Under the pieces are notes generated by a model, which was not told the DNA's origin, did not search any database, and was given only the letters and a program-made list of their open reading frames with translations. Shown here piece by piece: positions 23,323 to 33,739 of a stretch of 64,000 bases of DNA. The position numbers were made by a program, and so were the translations under genes. Source of the DNA: Gammaproteobacteria bacterium (GTDB taxonomy: Bacteria; Pseudomonadota; Gammaproteobacteria; UBA4575); NCBI GenBank assembly GCA_026706595.1, contig JAPOYL010000011.1, positions 69,686 to 133,685 of the forward strand, written 5' to 3'. Every line of letters begins with the position of its first letter. The first letter of the stretch is position 1.

Positions 23323-24978
23323 ATGAAAGACACACTGGACATCGCCCTGGCGCAGTGCAATTTCCTGGTCGGAGACTTGGAGGGGAATACCCGCCAGATC
23401 ATCGACAACGCCGTACATGCGCGCGACCAACTGGGCGCAGACCTGGTCGTGTTTTCCGAACTTTCGCTGACCGGCTACCCGCTCGAGGACCTGCTGTTCA
23501 ATGCGACGGTCCTGCCGCAGGTTGAGCAATGCCTGCAGACCCTGCAGCGTGAAATCCATGGCATCCACGTCGTGCTCGGTGCACCTTCAAGAGAAGGCGG
23601 TCAACTGTTCAATTCTGCATTCGTGATCCGGGATGGGGCTATGCTTGCGGTATATCACAAGCAGCAGTTGCCAAATTACGAGGTTTTTGACGAAAAGCGG
23701 TACTTCCATGCAGGCGATGCAGCCTGCGTCACGGATATCCAGGGCGTGCGGGTGGGGATCACGATCTGTGAGGATATCTGGGTGGGCGCGCCCGTAGAAC
23801 AAGCCGTGGCAGACGGGGCCGAACTCATCATCAACATCAATGCCAGCCCCTACCAGGTGCACAAGACGGACGAGCGCCTCGAGATCCTCAAGGCCCGTGT
23901 CCGGGAGCAGCGGGTTCCCATCGTGTACGTCAACCAGGTCGGCGGGCAGGACGAGTTGGTATTCGACGGCGAGTCCTGCTGCATCAACCGCCGGGGCGAA
24001 CCCTGCCTGCGGGCTCCGGCGTTCGAGCCCGGGATGTTCACCGTGCAGTACTCAAAGGCCGACTCGGACCTGCTGACCAGCGACTGCCTGCATGCCCCGC
24101 TGACGGGTGCTGCATCGGTGTACCGTGCGCTCGTGCTTGGGGTGCGCGACTACGTACTGAAAAACCGCTTTGACGGAGTGGTACTGGGTCTGTCCGGGGG
24201 GATCGACTCGGCCCTGACGCTGGTACTTGCGGTCGATGCCCTCGGGGCCGAACGGGTCCACGCGGTGATGATGCCGTTTCGCTACACATCCGCGATCAGC
24301 ATCGAGGATGCCGGGGCGCTGGCCGCAGGCCTGGGCGTTCAGCTGGACCAGATTCCCATCGAGGCAGCATTTACGGCAGTCACGCACGGCCTGGCGGCGG
24401 TGGCCCCGGGCCCCTCACAGGACGTGACCGAGGAGAATGTCCAGTCACGTCTTCGCGGGGTGTTCCTCATGGCGTTGTCGAACCGCACCGGGAGACTGTT
24501 GCTGACGACCGGGAACAAGAGCGAAATGTCCGTCGGCTATGCCACCCTGTATGGCGATATGGCCGGGGGGTTTGCGCCACTGAAAGATGTCTCCAAGACC
24601 CTGGTGTATGAGCTGGCGAGATACCGCAACGGGCTGGGTCAGGTCATCCCCGAGCGCGTGCTGCAGCGTGAGCCTACCGCAGAACTCGCCCCGGACCAGG
24701 TGGACCGCGACAGCCTGCCGCCCTATGAGCAGCTGGACCCGATTCTGGAAAAATTCGTGGAGCAGGACCTGAGCGTGGAGCACATCGTTGCCGATGGCTT
24801 TGACCGGCGCGTGGTCGAGCGTGTCGTGTCCATGGTGTTGCGAAACGAGTACAAGAGGCGCCAGGCACCTCCGGGGGTGAAGATTACGCGTCGTGCCTTC
24901 GGCAAGGACCGCCGTTACCCGATTACCAGCGGCTTTTCGGGAAGCCCGTCCCCACCGGGTACTCAGTCGCAGTCGTAG
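23323..24978 (+). CDS. nadE: glutamine-dependent NAD+ synthetase (N-terminal nitrilase/CN-hydrolase domain plus NadE domain)
   Basis: CN-hydrolase N-domain (IALAQCNF...FSELSLTGY...ICEDIW), followed by the PP-loop GLSGGIDS. Track ORF 22903 is 5'-extended. Confidence 0.88.
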   Translation: MKDTLDIALAQCNFLVGDLEGNTRQIIDNAVHARDQLGADLVVFSELSLTGYPLEDLLFNATVLPQVEQCLQTLQREIHGIHVVLGAPSREGGQLFNSAFVIRDGAMLAVYHKQQLPNYEVFDEKRYFHAGDAACVTDIQGVRVGITICEDIWVGAPVEQAVADGAELIININASPYQVHKTDERLEILKARVREQRVPIVYVNQVGGQDELVFDGESCCINRRGEPCLRAPAFEPGMFTVQYSKADSDLLTSDCLHAPLTGAASVYRALVLGVRDYVLKNRFDGVVLGLSGGIDSALTLVLAVDALGAERVHAVMMPFRYTSAISIEDAGALAAGLGVQLDQIPIEAAFTAVTHGLAAVAPGPSQDVTEENVQSRLRGVFLMALSNRTGRLLLTTGNKSEMSVGYATLYGDMAGGFAPLKDVSKTLVYELARYRNGLGQVIPERVLQREPTAELAPDQVDRDSLPPYEQLDPILEKFVEQDLSVEHIVADGFDRRVVERVVSMVLRNEYKRRQAPPGVKITRRAFGKDRRYPITSGFSGSPSPPGTQSQS

Positions 24979-25868
24979 GTTTTCAAGCGCAGGGTTTCCA
25001 GTGCGCGTGCCCAAACGCCTTCGGCACAGCTCTGTTCGTGCATCGCAAGACGTGCCGGTATCCGGCCATCCTCGGTGGTCTGGAAGTTTTCCGCGTACAC
25101 CCGGCGGGTATCGCCGGCCAGGTCCTCGAGGCCGAGCTTGGTGTAGGCCTGCTCCAGCATGTACAGCGCCTGTGGCATGACATCGGCACCCTGGTAGTGA
25201 TCTAGCACATAGCGCGCACGGTTGGCGGCGGCCACATAGGCTCCGCGGCGCAGGTAAAAATCCGCCACCTTGAGTTCGTATTCGGCAAGCTCGTTGCGCA
25301 GGTAGACCATGCGCCACTTGGCATCCTCGGTGTACTTGCTGTCCGGGTATTCCTCGATGATGAAGTCGAAGATCTGGAAGGCTTCGTACAATGAGGCGGG
25401 ATCGTTGTTGGAGGGATCACGCTCCAGGATGTAGTGCACGAAATTCCTTCCGCTGTCGAAGGTGGCGAGCCCCTTGATGTAATGCGCGTAGGCGATACTC
25501 GGGTGGCGTGGGTTCAGCTTGATGAACCGGTCGACTGTATCCCGTGACCGCTCGTAGTCGTTTTGCTTGTAGTAGGCATACCCCAGTTCGAGCTGGGCCT
25601 GTTGTGCATAACGTCCAAAGGGGTAGCGGGATTCCAGCAGCTCGTATTTCTCGATGGCCGTGGTGTAGTCGCGACTGCCCAGCGCCCTGTACGCTTGCCC
25701 GTAAAGCTCCGCTGCAGCCTCGTCCGCAGTGGGCTCCACCTGCTCTTCTTCCTCCTGCAGGATTCCGAACAGATCGAGTGCCCCACAGCCGCTTAGCATG
25801 CCCAGGCACGCCAGCAGGACAAGCAGGCGCAGCGCAAAAGCCGTAAAATTCGGTGCATGTGTTTTCAT
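24963..25868 (-). CDS. bamD: outer membrane protein assembly factor BamD (lipoprotein, TPR)
   Basis: Signal peptide with lipobox LSGC and TPR repeats. Divergent from rluD as in E. coli (yfiO-rluD). Has a C-terminal extension relative to E. coli BamD. Confidence 0.85.
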   Translation of the reverse strand: MKTHAPNFTAFALRLLVLLACLGMLSGCGALDLFGILQEEEEQVEPTADEAAAELYGQAYRALGSRDYTTAIEKYELLESRYPFGRYAQQAQLELGYAYYKQNDYERSRDTVDRFIKLNPRHPSIAYAHYIKGLATFDSGRNFVHYILERDPSNNDPASLYEAFQIFDFIIEEYPDSKYTEDAKWRMVYLRNELAEYELKVADFYLRRGAYVAAANRARYVLDHYQGADVMPQALYMLEQAYTKLGLEDLAGDTRRVYAENFQTTEDGRIPARLAMHEQSCAEGVWARALETLRLKTYDCD

Positions 25869-25911
25869 GGGCTCCGAGTATAGCCCTTTTTTGGACTCAA
25901 CCGCATCGACC

Positions 25912-26862
25912 ATGGGCGACGATCACCAGCTGTCGACAGTGATCCCTGCATCTCTCGCAGGGTTACGTCTGGATGCCGCATTGTCCCGGATCTTTCCGGA
26001 GTATTCGCGCACCCGTCTGCAGGAATGCATCCGCAGCCACGAGGTGCTGGTAAACGGCAGGGCATCGCGTCCGCGCGACATCGTATCCGGGGGCGAGCGG
26101 ATCGAGGGGCGGGTGCGTTTGCACGAGGAAAGCCCACTGCTGCCCGAGGAGATCGATCTCGAAATCGTCTATGAAGACCGGTCCTTGTTGGTCATCAACA
26201 AGCCCGCGGGGCTGGTGGTGCATCCCGGTGCCGGCAATCCGGCAGGCACCTTGGCCAATGCGTTGCTCCACCATGATCCCGGCCTGTCCGCCATCCCGAG
26301 GGCGGGCATCGTGCACCGCCTCGACAAGGACACCAGCGGATTGCTGCTTATCGCCCGGCAGCTGCAGAGTCACCGTGCGCTGGTCGAGATGCTGCAGCAA
26401 CGTCGGGTGAGCCGAAGGTATGCCGTGCTGGTGCACGGCCAGGTCATCGCGGGCGGTACGGTCGATGCCCCGGTGGGCAGGCATCCGGTCGACCGCAAGA
26501 AAATGGCCGTGCGCTCCGGTGGAAAACCGGCGATCACGCACTACCGGGTGAGCCAGCGCCTGGGGCCGTGCACGCTGCTCGAGGCACGGCTTGAAACCGG
26601 AAGAACCCACCAGATCCGCGTGCACATGGCACATCTCGGATTCCCGGTGGTAGGCGATCCAGTGTACGGGAGAAAAATCAGGGCGGGCGGGGACTGCGCG
26701 AGCCGGGCACTGGCCGGGTTTCCCCGCCAGGCCCTGCACGCAAGCCATCTCGAACTCACCCATCCAGAGGCTGCGAAAACGTGCAAGTGGTCGGCACCCC
26801 TGCCGCAGGATTTCCGCCAACTCCTGGATACGCTGAGCGCCCATGCCCATGCCGCCTCCTGA
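25912..26862 (+). CDS. rluD: 23S rRNA pseudouridine(1911/1915/1917) synthase RluD
   Basis: S4 domain followed by the RluA-family catalytic motif [12 protein letters not shown]. Track ORF 25729 is 5'-extended. Confidence 0.9.
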   Translation: MGDDHQLSTVIPASLAGLRLDAALSRIFPEYSRTRLQECIRSHEVLVNGRASRPRDIVSGGERIEGRVRLHEESPLLPEEIDLEIVYEDRSLLVINKPAGLVVHPGAGNPAGTLANALLHHDPGLSAIPRAGIVHRLDKDTSGLLLIARQLQSHRALVEMLQQRRVSRRYAVLVHGQVIAGGTVDAPVGRHPVDRKKMAVRSGGKPAITHYRVSQRLGPCTLLEARLETGRTHQIRVHMAHLGFPVVGDPVYGRKIRAGGDCASRALAGFPRQALHASHLELTHPEAAKTCKWSAPLPQDFRQLLDTLSAHAHAAS

Positions 26863-27592
26863 GTGGATCACGCCCGACTGGCCGGCCCCCGAAGGCGTGC
26901 GGGGCCTGTCGACTACCCGCTGCGGGGGCTTCAGCCAGGGCTCCTATTCGGGCTTCAACCTGGGCATGCATGTCGGGGATCGCCCACAACACGTCATGCA
27001 AAACCGCCGGCTGCTGCGCGAGGTCCTGCAGCTCCCGGGAGAGCCCTGCTGGCTGGAGCAGCGCCACGGCACACGGGTGATCCGCCTTCCCGCAACCCCT
27101 GCCAAAGCGCTTCGCGCCGATGCCGCCTACACCAAGGCGCCGGGGATCGTCTGTGCCGTGCAAACCGCGGATTGCCTGCCCGTGCTGTTTTGCGATCGCC
27201 AGGCAAGCTGTGTGGCCGTGGCCCATGCCGGCTGGCGCGGCCTGCTTGACGGGGTGCTGGAAAACACCGTGCAGGCACTTGGGATACCGGCTTCGCAACT
27301 GCTCTGCTGGCTGGGACCGGCCATCGGACCGGCGAAGTTCGAGATTGGCGAAGCCCTGAGGGAGCGGTTCATCGGCAAGATCCCCGGTCTCGCCCCGGCC
27401 TTTGCGCCCGGGCGCGATGGTAAATGCCTGGCCGATCTCTACGGGATTGCAACGAGTATCCTTGCGGCACAGGGCGTGCACACGGTATCCGGGGGCACGC
27501 ACTGCACCTACACGCAACACGAGCAATTCTTTTCCTACCGGCGCGACGGCACCACGGGGCGCATGGCCACCCTGGGCTGGCTGGACCCGTAG
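26843..27592 (+). CDS. pgeF: purine nucleoside phosphorylase / polyphenol oxidase-like YfiH (PgeF, DUF152)
   Basis: DUF152 Cu-oxidase-like domain (HGTRV...ADCLPVLF...AHAGWRG). Overlaps the rluD stop. Conserved rluD-yfiH-clpB order. Confidence 0.85.
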   Translation: MPMPPPEWITPDWPAPEGVRGLSTTRCGGFSQGSYSGFNLGMHVGDRPQHVMQNRRLLREVLQLPGEPCWLEQRHGTRVIRLPATPAKALRADAAYTKAPGIVCAVQTADCLPVLFCDRQASCVAVAHAGWRGLLDGVLENTVQALGIPASQLLCWLGPAIGPAKFEIGEALRERFIGKIPGLAPAFAPGRDGKCLADLYGIATSILAAQGVHTVSGGTHCTYTQHEQFFSYRRDGTTGRMATLGWLDP

Positions 27593-27611
27593 CGAAAGTT
27601 CGACCACTGCG

Positions 27612-27640
27612 CTTGAATCGCGCATCCCGTGCCCCCATTT
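27612..27640 (+). promoter_or_regulatory. sigma32 (RpoH) heat-shock promoter of clpB
   Basis: CTTGAA at 27612-27617, a 15-nt spacer, then CCCCATTT at 27633-27640. Sits 38 bp upstream of the clpB ATG and matches the TTGAAA-N13-15-CCCCATNT consensus. Confidence 0.75.
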
Positions 27641-27677
27641 CACAGGAAAGGCAAACATACTTATCCGGAGTCCGAGG

Positions 27678-30284
27678 ATGCGAATTGAAAAGCTCACCGC
27701 AAAATTCCAGCTTGCCCTGCAGGAGGCGCAGTCGATGGCCGCAGGCCGCGAGCACCAGTTCATCGAGCCGGTGCATCTCATGCTGGCGATGCTGGTCCAG
27801 GAACACAGTTCCGTGGCTGCTGTGCTGCAGCGCGCCGGCACCGATGTGGGACAGGTCAGGCAGCGCTGCGAGCAGGCGGTGCAGGGACTGCCCAAGGTGT
27901 CCGGCACGGCGGGTGAAATCCACCTCTCCAATACTCTCGGAAACCTGCTCAACATCACGGACCGGCTGGCCCAGCAGCACGGGGATGAATACATTGCCTC
28001 GGAAGTGTTCGCGCTTGCAGCACTCGAGGACCAGGGGGAGTTGGGCCGGATCCTGCGCGAGGCCGGTGCGGACAAGTCCGCCGTCGCGGCTTCCTTCAAG
28101 TCGATGCGTTCCGGGGAAAATGTCACCGACCCGAATGCCGAGGATACCCGCCAGGCGCTGGGCAAGTACACGGTGGACCTGACCGCCGAGGCCCTGAAAG
28201 GCAAGCTCGATCCGGTGGTCGGGCGCGATGATGAAATTCGCCGTGCGATCCAGGTGCTGCAGCGGCGCACCAAGAACAACCCAGTGCTGATCGGTGCACC
28301 CGGCGTTGGAAAAACCGCGATCGTGGAAGGCCTGGCACAACGCATCGTCAACGGGGAAGTGCCCGAGGGCATCAAGAACAAGAAGCTCCTTTCCCTGGAC
28401 CTCAGCGCCCTGATTGCCGGTGCGAAGTTCCGCGGCGAATTTGAAGAGCGGCTGAAAGCCGTGCTCAAAGAACTTTCCCGGCAGGAAGGACAGATCATTC
28501 TGTTTATCGACGAACTGCACACCATGGTGGGTGCCGGCCGGGCGGAGGGGGCCATGGACGCGGGCAACATGCTCAAGCCTGCGCTTGCCCGCGGAGAACT
28601 TCACTGTGTCGGCGCGACCACCCTGAATGAATACCGCCAGTACATCGAGAAAGATGCAGCGCTTGAGCGGCGCTTCCAGAAAATCCTGGTCGATGAACCG
28701 GGCGTGGAAGATGCGATCGCAATCCTGCGCGGCCTGAAAGAGCGCTACGAGACCCATCACGGGGTGGATATCACCGACCCTGCCATCGTCAATGCCGTCA
28801 CCCTTTCGCATCGCTACATCTCCGACCGGCAGCTGCCGGACAAGGCCATCGACCTGGTCGACGAGGCCGCCTCGCGCATCCGCATGGAAATCGACTCCAA
28901 GCCGGAGTCCATGGACCGGCTGGACCGCAAGCTGATCCAGCTCAAGATCGAACGGGAAGCGCTGAAAAAGGAATCCGATGACGCCTCCAGGAAGCACCTG
29001 GACGAGCTGGAGGCGGAAATTGCCCGGCTGGAGAAGTCCTATGCCGACCTCGAGGAGGTTTGGCGCTCGGAAAAAACGGTCCTGCAAAGCTCCCGGGAAA
29101 CCAAGGAGGCGCTGGAGCAGGCGCGCATCGAACTGGATGCCGCACACCGGGCCGGGGATTTGGCAAAAATGTCGGAGATGCAGTACGGGCGCATCCCCGA
29201 GCTGGAAAAACAGTTGCGTGAGGCGGCCAGTGCGGGCAACGAGGAGAACAGGTTGCTGCGCAACAAGGTGACAGATACTGCCGTCGCCGAGATCGTCTCG
29301 CGCTGGACGGGGATTCCGGTTGCAAAGATGCTTTCCGGAGAGCGCGAGAAGCTGCTGCGCATGGAGCAGGAGTTGCGTGCACGGGTCATTGGCCAGGATG
29401 AGGCGGTACGGGTAATCTCCGATGCCGTTCGAAGATCAAGAGCCGGGATCTCCGATCCGCGTCGCCCGAATGGCTCGTTCCTGTTCCTGGGTCCGACCGG
29501 GGTCGGCAAGACCGAGTTGACCAAGGCCCTGACCGAGTTCCTGTTCGACAACGAGGATGCCCTGATCCGCGTCGACATGTCCGAGTTCATGGAGAAGCAT
29601 TCCGTGGCCCGGCTGATCGGCGCCCCTCCGGGATACGTGGGGTACGAAGAGGGTGGCTACCTGACCGAGGCCGTACGTCGCAAGCCCTACAGCGTGGTGC
29701 TGATGGATGAAATCGAGAAGGCACATCCGGACGTGTTCAATATCCTGTTGCAGGTGCTCGATGACGGGCGCCTGACCGACGGGCACGGCAACACCGTGGA
29801 CTTCAAGAACACCGTGATCGTCATGACCTCCAATCTCGGCAGCGATGTCATCCAGGGGTTTGCTTCGTCAGAGGAGGAAGGTGCGGACCAGTACGAGGAG
29901 ATGAAGGCAGCGGTAATGGCCCTGGTGAACACCCGGCTGAAACCGGAGCTCATCAACCGCATCGATGACTGCATCGTGTTCCATTCGCTGTGCAGGGAAC
30001 ACATTCGCGCGATCACGGAAATCCAGCTGGGTCATCTGCAAAGGAGGGTGGCAGACCGGGATATTACCCTGGACTACTCCGAGGCTGCCCTGGACAAGCT
30101 TGCCGAAGCCGGTTTCGATCCCGTGTACGGGGCTCGCCCCCTGAAGCGGGCCGTGCAGGAAATGGTGGGAAATCCGCTGGCCCAAGCCCTGCTTGCCGGT
30201 GAGATCCGGCCTGGCCAGACCGTCCGGGTCGATGTACAGGGGGACGGGCTGGGCTTTGCCGCCACGAACCCCATGGCCGCCTGA
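27678..30284 (+). CDS. clpB: ATP-dependent chaperone (disaggregase) ClpB
   Basis: Two AAA+ modules ([18 protein letters not shown]), a middle coiled-coil domain, 868 aa. Track ORF 27402 is 5'-extended. Confidence 0.97.
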   Translation: MRIEKLTAKFQLALQEAQSMAAGREHQFIEPVHLMLAMLVQEHSSVAAVLQRAGTDVGQVRQRCEQAVQGLPKVSGTAGEIHLSNTLGNLLNITDRLAQQHGDEYIASEVFALAALEDQGELGRILREAGADKSAVAASFKSMRSGENVTDPNAEDTRQALGKYTVDLTAEALKGKLDPVVGRDDEIRRAIQVLQRRTKNNPVLIGAPGVGKTAIVEGLAQRIVNGEVPEGIKNKKLLSLDLSALIAGAKFRGEFEERLKAVLKELSRQEGQIILFIDELHTMVGAGRAEGAMDAGNMLKPALARGELHCVGATTLNEYRQYIEKDAALERRFQKILVDEPGVEDAIAILRGLKERYETHHGVDITDPAIVNAVTLSHRYISDRQLPDKAIDLVDEAASRIRMEIDSKPESMDRLDRKLIQLKIEREALKKESDDASRKHLDELEAEIARLEKSYADLEEVWRSEKTVLQSSRETKEALEQARIELDAAHRAGDLAKMSEMQYGRIPELEKQLREAASAGNEENRLLRNKVTDTAVAEIVSRWTGIPVAKMLSGEREKLLRMEQELRARVIGQDEAVRVISDAVRRSRAGISDPRRPNGSFLFLGPTGVGKTELTKALTEFLFDNEDALIRVDMSEFMEKHSVARLIGAPPGYVGYEEGGYLTEAVRRKPYSVVLMDEIEKAHPDVFNILLQVLDDGRLTDGHGNTVDFKNTVIVMTSNLGSDVIQGFASSEEEGADQYEEMKAAVMALVNTRLKPELINRIDDCIVFHSLCREHIRAITEIQLGHLQRRVADRDITLDYSEAALDKLAEAGFDPVYGARPLKRAVQEMVGNPLAQALLAGEIRPGQTVRVDVQGDGLGFAATNPMAA

Positions 30285-30552
30285 CAAGGCGGTAGTGCCT
30301 CTCAGGAACTGGAAAACGGGGTGTCCGGCGGTTGAGCGGGTCGGTTTTGGGAGCCTGCAGAAGTCAGGCTGGCCCAGGGACGACAGCGGTGGCAAAACCG
30401 AGTGCTACAGGTGATTTTATGGTGTGCAAATAGGTAAACGATTGCGTACTGTTGGCCGATCTGGTAAGGCACCCCAAAAATAAACATAAACATTTGAATT
30501 TAATACACTTTTTAAGGTGATGCCTGCACCTTTCATGCAAACATCGGAGTAT

Positions 30553-30581
30553 TTGCAGTTACAGAATCATGCTTGTATAAT
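30553..30581 (+). promoter_or_regulatory. candidate sigma70 promoter with extended -10, for the alkB-like gene
   Basis: TTGCAG at 30553-58, a 17-nt spacer, then TGnTATAAT at 30574-81, in the AT-rich region after clpB. A 5'UTR of about 130 nt leads to the GGAGG RBS at 30699. Confidence 0.5.
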
Positions 30582-30714
30582 CGAGCGTATCTAATGCCCC
30601 CGAATGGGCGAGTGTCCGTGTGGATATACAGGTCATGAGAGAGGGCAACGGAAAAAGATATGCTAAACAATTAAATTTGTAGTTAACCGAGCGAATGCTG
30701 GAGGTGCATATACA

Positions 30715-31869
30715 ATGATGAAACTTATGATTAACGCAAGGTACTGGTTCGCCCCGATCCTGATCATCGTCACGATGTTCGGAGTACTGATGGGCGGCAT
30801 GTTCGTATGGGTCGGACTGCTGCTGTTGGGCGTTGGTATCGTGATCGACACAGCCATGAAGTGGCAAAGTTCCGGTGCAGGCTTTGACCGGAGCGGAGAA
30901 ACGATGGGTGTGCCCTGGCTACAGAACAGCGTGATGTACGTCATGTTGGGAGTATTCGTACTCCTGCAACTGGCGCTCGCATGGCGTATCTACCAGTACG
31001 TCAATGGTGTCCCGCTGAGTGCCGGGTTCGACCATGTCATGTTTGGATTCCTGCCTTATATGAATGGAATCTCCGGACTTGACCTGATCGGTGCCACGAT
31101 ATCCTCAGGCATCTTTGCCGGTATTGGTATTATTTATGGACATGAACTGAGCCATACGAAGGGATTTGCCTTTGCCATTTCCCGCTCAATGATGGCGCTG
31201 AGTGGCAAAGCTCACTTCAGCTATGCACATGTCTATAACCACCATCTGGAACTGGCACACGAAGATGATCCTGCTACGTCACCGCGTGGAAGAACCATCT
31301 ACCGACACTATCCATTGGCCGGAATCGGGCAGTCCCGCTTCCTGTACAGAATGGAGAAGCAACGTCTGGAGCGTCTGGGCAAATCCTGGTTCACATGGGA
31401 AAATCGCTGGCTGCGTGGCTATGCCATGAGCCTGCCGACCCTGTTCCTGTTCTGGTTTGCCGGCGGCTGGATTGGTATTGCCTGCCTGTCAGTTGTATGG
31501 CTGATCTCAAACTTTGAGCTCGAAGCCCTCAACTACATGGAGCATTACGGCTTGATTCGTGAGAAGGGACAGCCGATTGACTATCGTCATTCATGGGACA
31601 ACGCAACAGCGTTCACCAGCTGGTTCTTCATCGAGATTGGCCGTCAGGCAGATCACCATGACCGTGGTGAAACCCACTTCTGGGAGCTGGATGACGTAGG
31701 TGCTCCTAACACCGGATGGGGTTACTTCACCTTGTTTGCCATCGCGCTCATACCGCCGCTTTACCACATGTATATGAAGAAGGAACTGGCAAAGTGGGAC
31801 AGAGAGCGTGCCTCAGAGGGCGAGCGTGCGATTGCTGATCGCCTCAACCGTCAGGTTGGTTACGCTTAA
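30715..31869 (+). CDS. AlkB-family integral-membrane non-heme di-iron hydroxylase (alkane 1-monooxygenase-like / fatty acid desaturase superfamily)
   Basis: His boxes in AlkB order: HELSHTK, HVYNHH followed by DPATSPRGRT (AlkB has EHNKGHH...DPATSRMGE), NYMEHYGL, and RQADHH (the first His of box 3 is replaced by Gln). N-terminal TM helices. Strong RBS. Confidence 0.8.
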   Translation: MMKLMINARYWFAPILIIVTMFGVLMGGMFVWVGLLLLGVGIVIDTAMKWQSSGAGFDRSGETMGVPWLQNSVMYVMLGVFVLLQLALAWRIYQYVNGVPLSAGFDHVMFGFLPYMNGISGLDLIGATISSGIFAGIGIIYGHELSHTKGFAFAISRSMMALSGKAHFSYAHVYNHHLELAHEDDPATSPRGRTIYRHYPLAGIGQSRFLYRMEKQRLERLGKSWFTWENRWLRGYAMSLPTLFLFWFAGGWIGIACLSVVWLISNFELEALNYMEHYGLIREKGQPIDYRHSWDNATAFTSWFFIEIGRQADHHDRGETHFWELDDVGAPNTGWGYFTLFAIALIPPLYHMYMKKELAKWDRERASEGERAIADRLNRQVGYA

Positions 31870-31892
31870 GCTCTGATTTCGGAGAACGCAAA

Positions 31893-31943
31893 TTTTTAGC
31901 ATAGTCATGTGCCCGGGCTTCGTCCCGGGCACATGCGCTAAAA
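31893..31943. terminator. bidirectional rho-independent terminator-like hairpin
   Basis: TTTTT, then ATGTGCCCGGG cttcgt CCCGGGCACAT (11-bp GC-rich stem), then AAAAA. Located directly after the alkB-like stop. Confidence 0.55.
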
Positions 31944-32378
31944 AGAAGCGTTGAATGACGGGGGAAAGCCGGGAACAAAAACAAGGAGAAGATCCCGGCG
32001 AATAACACCTGCGGTCGATAAGAAGAAACTGGACCACGGTGTCGATGAACGACAGGCTGATCTAAACGTTCTGTATGCGAGTCGCACTGTGGAAAGTCCA
32101 GGCAGGAAAGAATAACAATTTGTAATTATCGGTCTTGGGGCCGACACGGCAAGAATCAAGACGGTAAACTTCAATCCTGTACCCAGTGGGCACAGGAGCA
32201 GAGGGGCTCGGGGTCTGGAACCCTGGCATTTACAGATATCAGGAGGACGCTATAAACGTTATGTGCGTGTAGCCGCAGGGACGGCTTATTCTATCCTGAC
32301 TGTTTTTACTACCCTGGGTGACCGGCTTAGGTAACCCCGGACATAACAAACAACTCCAAACATAACGAGGTATAAACA

Positions 32379-33059
32379 ATGTTAGGTGATCATTTGGCGG
32401 ACAAAATGAAATTTTATGGGAACCCCTCATGCCTGCGCAGCGCGATGTGCATGTTCACCGCTGCCGAGAAGGGCGTGGACTTAGAGGGCCACTTTGTCGA
32501 TCCCAATGGAACGGGTGCGGCTGACGTTCAGGCGCTTGCGCCGCATGGCTTGTTGCCTGTACTGAAGGACGTCGATTTCGTCGTTTGCGGACAACAAGGC
32601 ATCATGTCCTATCTGGACGACAAGGGCTTTGGTCCATCCCTGATTCCCCGTAATGGCGTCGTGCGTGCAATCCACTACATGTGGAATCAGCTCGCCACCG
32701 ATATTGCACTGGACGCAGTTGCTGGATTGATGTCCGGTACTGGGGATGCTGCAGCCGCATCGGGGTGCTTCGATCTTCTGAATTCGCATCTGGCATCCAA
32801 GAGCAATCCTGCGCTGCGCGGTGATTTCATTTGTGGAGCCTTCAGTCTCGCAGATATCCACTGGGCTGCCCTGGCACAAGGCTGCATGCTTGCCGACAGC
32901 AGCGATGTGGTGGAGTCCAGACCGGCCGTTGCAAAATGGTGGGGCCTGGTCAAGTCGCATCCCAGCACGAGCAAGGAAAACATCCGCGGCTATGATGTGC
33001 TTCCGACCAAGACGGACATCAGCGGCAACAGCCTGCGTGGTGTCACGATTAATGTCTAG
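32379..33059 (+). CDS. glutathione S-transferase-fold protein, paralog 1
   Basis: Thioredoxin-like N-domain (KFYGNPSC...GLLPVLKDVDFVV.GQQGIMSYL) and a helical C-domain (GAFSLADIHW, KWW). RBS GAGG. Confidence 0.7.
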   Translation: MLGDHLADKMKFYGNPSCLRSAMCMFTAAEKGVDLEGHFVDPNGTGAADVQALAPHGLLPVLKDVDFVVCGQQGIMSYLDDKGFGPSLIPRNGVVRAIHYMWNQLATDIALDAVAGLMSGTGDAAAASGCFDLLNSHLASKSNPALRGDFICGAFSLADIHWAALAQGCMLADSSDVVESRPAVAKWWGLVKSHPSTSKENIRGYDVLPTKTDISGNSLRGVTINV

Positions 33060-33354
33060 AAGGGCTGGGCCTCTTACTATTCATTAATCACGGGTTTCCT
33101 TGAAAGCGGACCTGCAGGGCGGCATCGTCCGGTCAGGTCCCGGGGAAACACGAGCAAGTTATTATGGATTGACCTTGGTGGGAATGCCGGGGTTGGTCGT
33201 GAAGCGACGATGCCTTGAGTCCCTTGGCAGAGGGACCCGGGTGGATGGCGCTTCAAGAAAAGAATTTACGGGCCACAGGGTTTTCAGATTACTCTGGGGG
33301 ACTCCGGTTGCATTATAAATACTCGAATTTAATCTGAGTCAGGAGGTGTGACTA

Positions 33355-33561
33355 ATGTATTCATTCAGAGCAATCGTTGTGATGCTGATATTTTCTGCGG
33401 CCGTCTACTACGGCATGGGTATGCTGGGTCTCACTGCAGCCCATTCCGATCCCTTGATGGCGCTTGCCGGAGCAGTGGTCCTGCTGGTGGCTTTGGTCAT
33501 CAACGTATGGATCTATCTCAAGCTCGCTGGCGAGCATCCGTTTAAATGGTTCAAGGAGTAG
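33355..33561 (+). CDS. small two-TM membrane protein (68 aa), unknown function
   Basis: Strong RBS AGGAGGTG 7 nt upstream. Two predicted TM helices. Followed by a strong hairpin. Confidence 0.55.
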   Translation: MYSFRAIVVMLIFSAAVYYGMGMLGLTAAHSDPLMALAGAVVLLVALVINVWIYLKLAGEHPFKWFKE

Positions 33562-33627
33562 AATCCTCCTACTAAAGGAAGCCATTCGTAGCGCGCAAGC
33601 GCGATCCTAATAAAAAGTGTCAGGCAA

Positions 33628-33666
33628 CTGGACCTGGAGCAAACGAATGTTTGCTCCAGGTCCAGC
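33628..33666 (+). terminator. strong stem-loop (17-bp perfect inverted repeat), probable terminator/attenuator
   Basis: CTGGACCTGGAGCAAAC gaatg GTTTGCTCCAGGTCCAG. No canonical U-tract follows. Confidence 0.45.
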
Positions 33667-33739
33667 CAGCCGTTCTGTAAAAAACCGGACAAAAGGGCGC
33701 CTACAGCTCGAGTCTGTCATAGCAGCTACATAACTGACA

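Noticed and set aside
30285-30714. Searched island boundaries (30285-30714 and 41107-41317) for a tRNA/tmRNA gene, integrase or direct repeats marking a genomic-island insertion.
   Set aside because: No cloverleaf-compatible sequence, integrase ORF or obvious flanking direct repeat was found. Island status rests on composition and gene content only.
31813-32174. Minus-strand ORFs 31813-32037 and 31938-32174 in the alkB-GST intergenic region.
   Set aside because: No RBS, they overlap the terminator hairpin, and composition is unlike neighbouring genes. Treated as non-coding leader.
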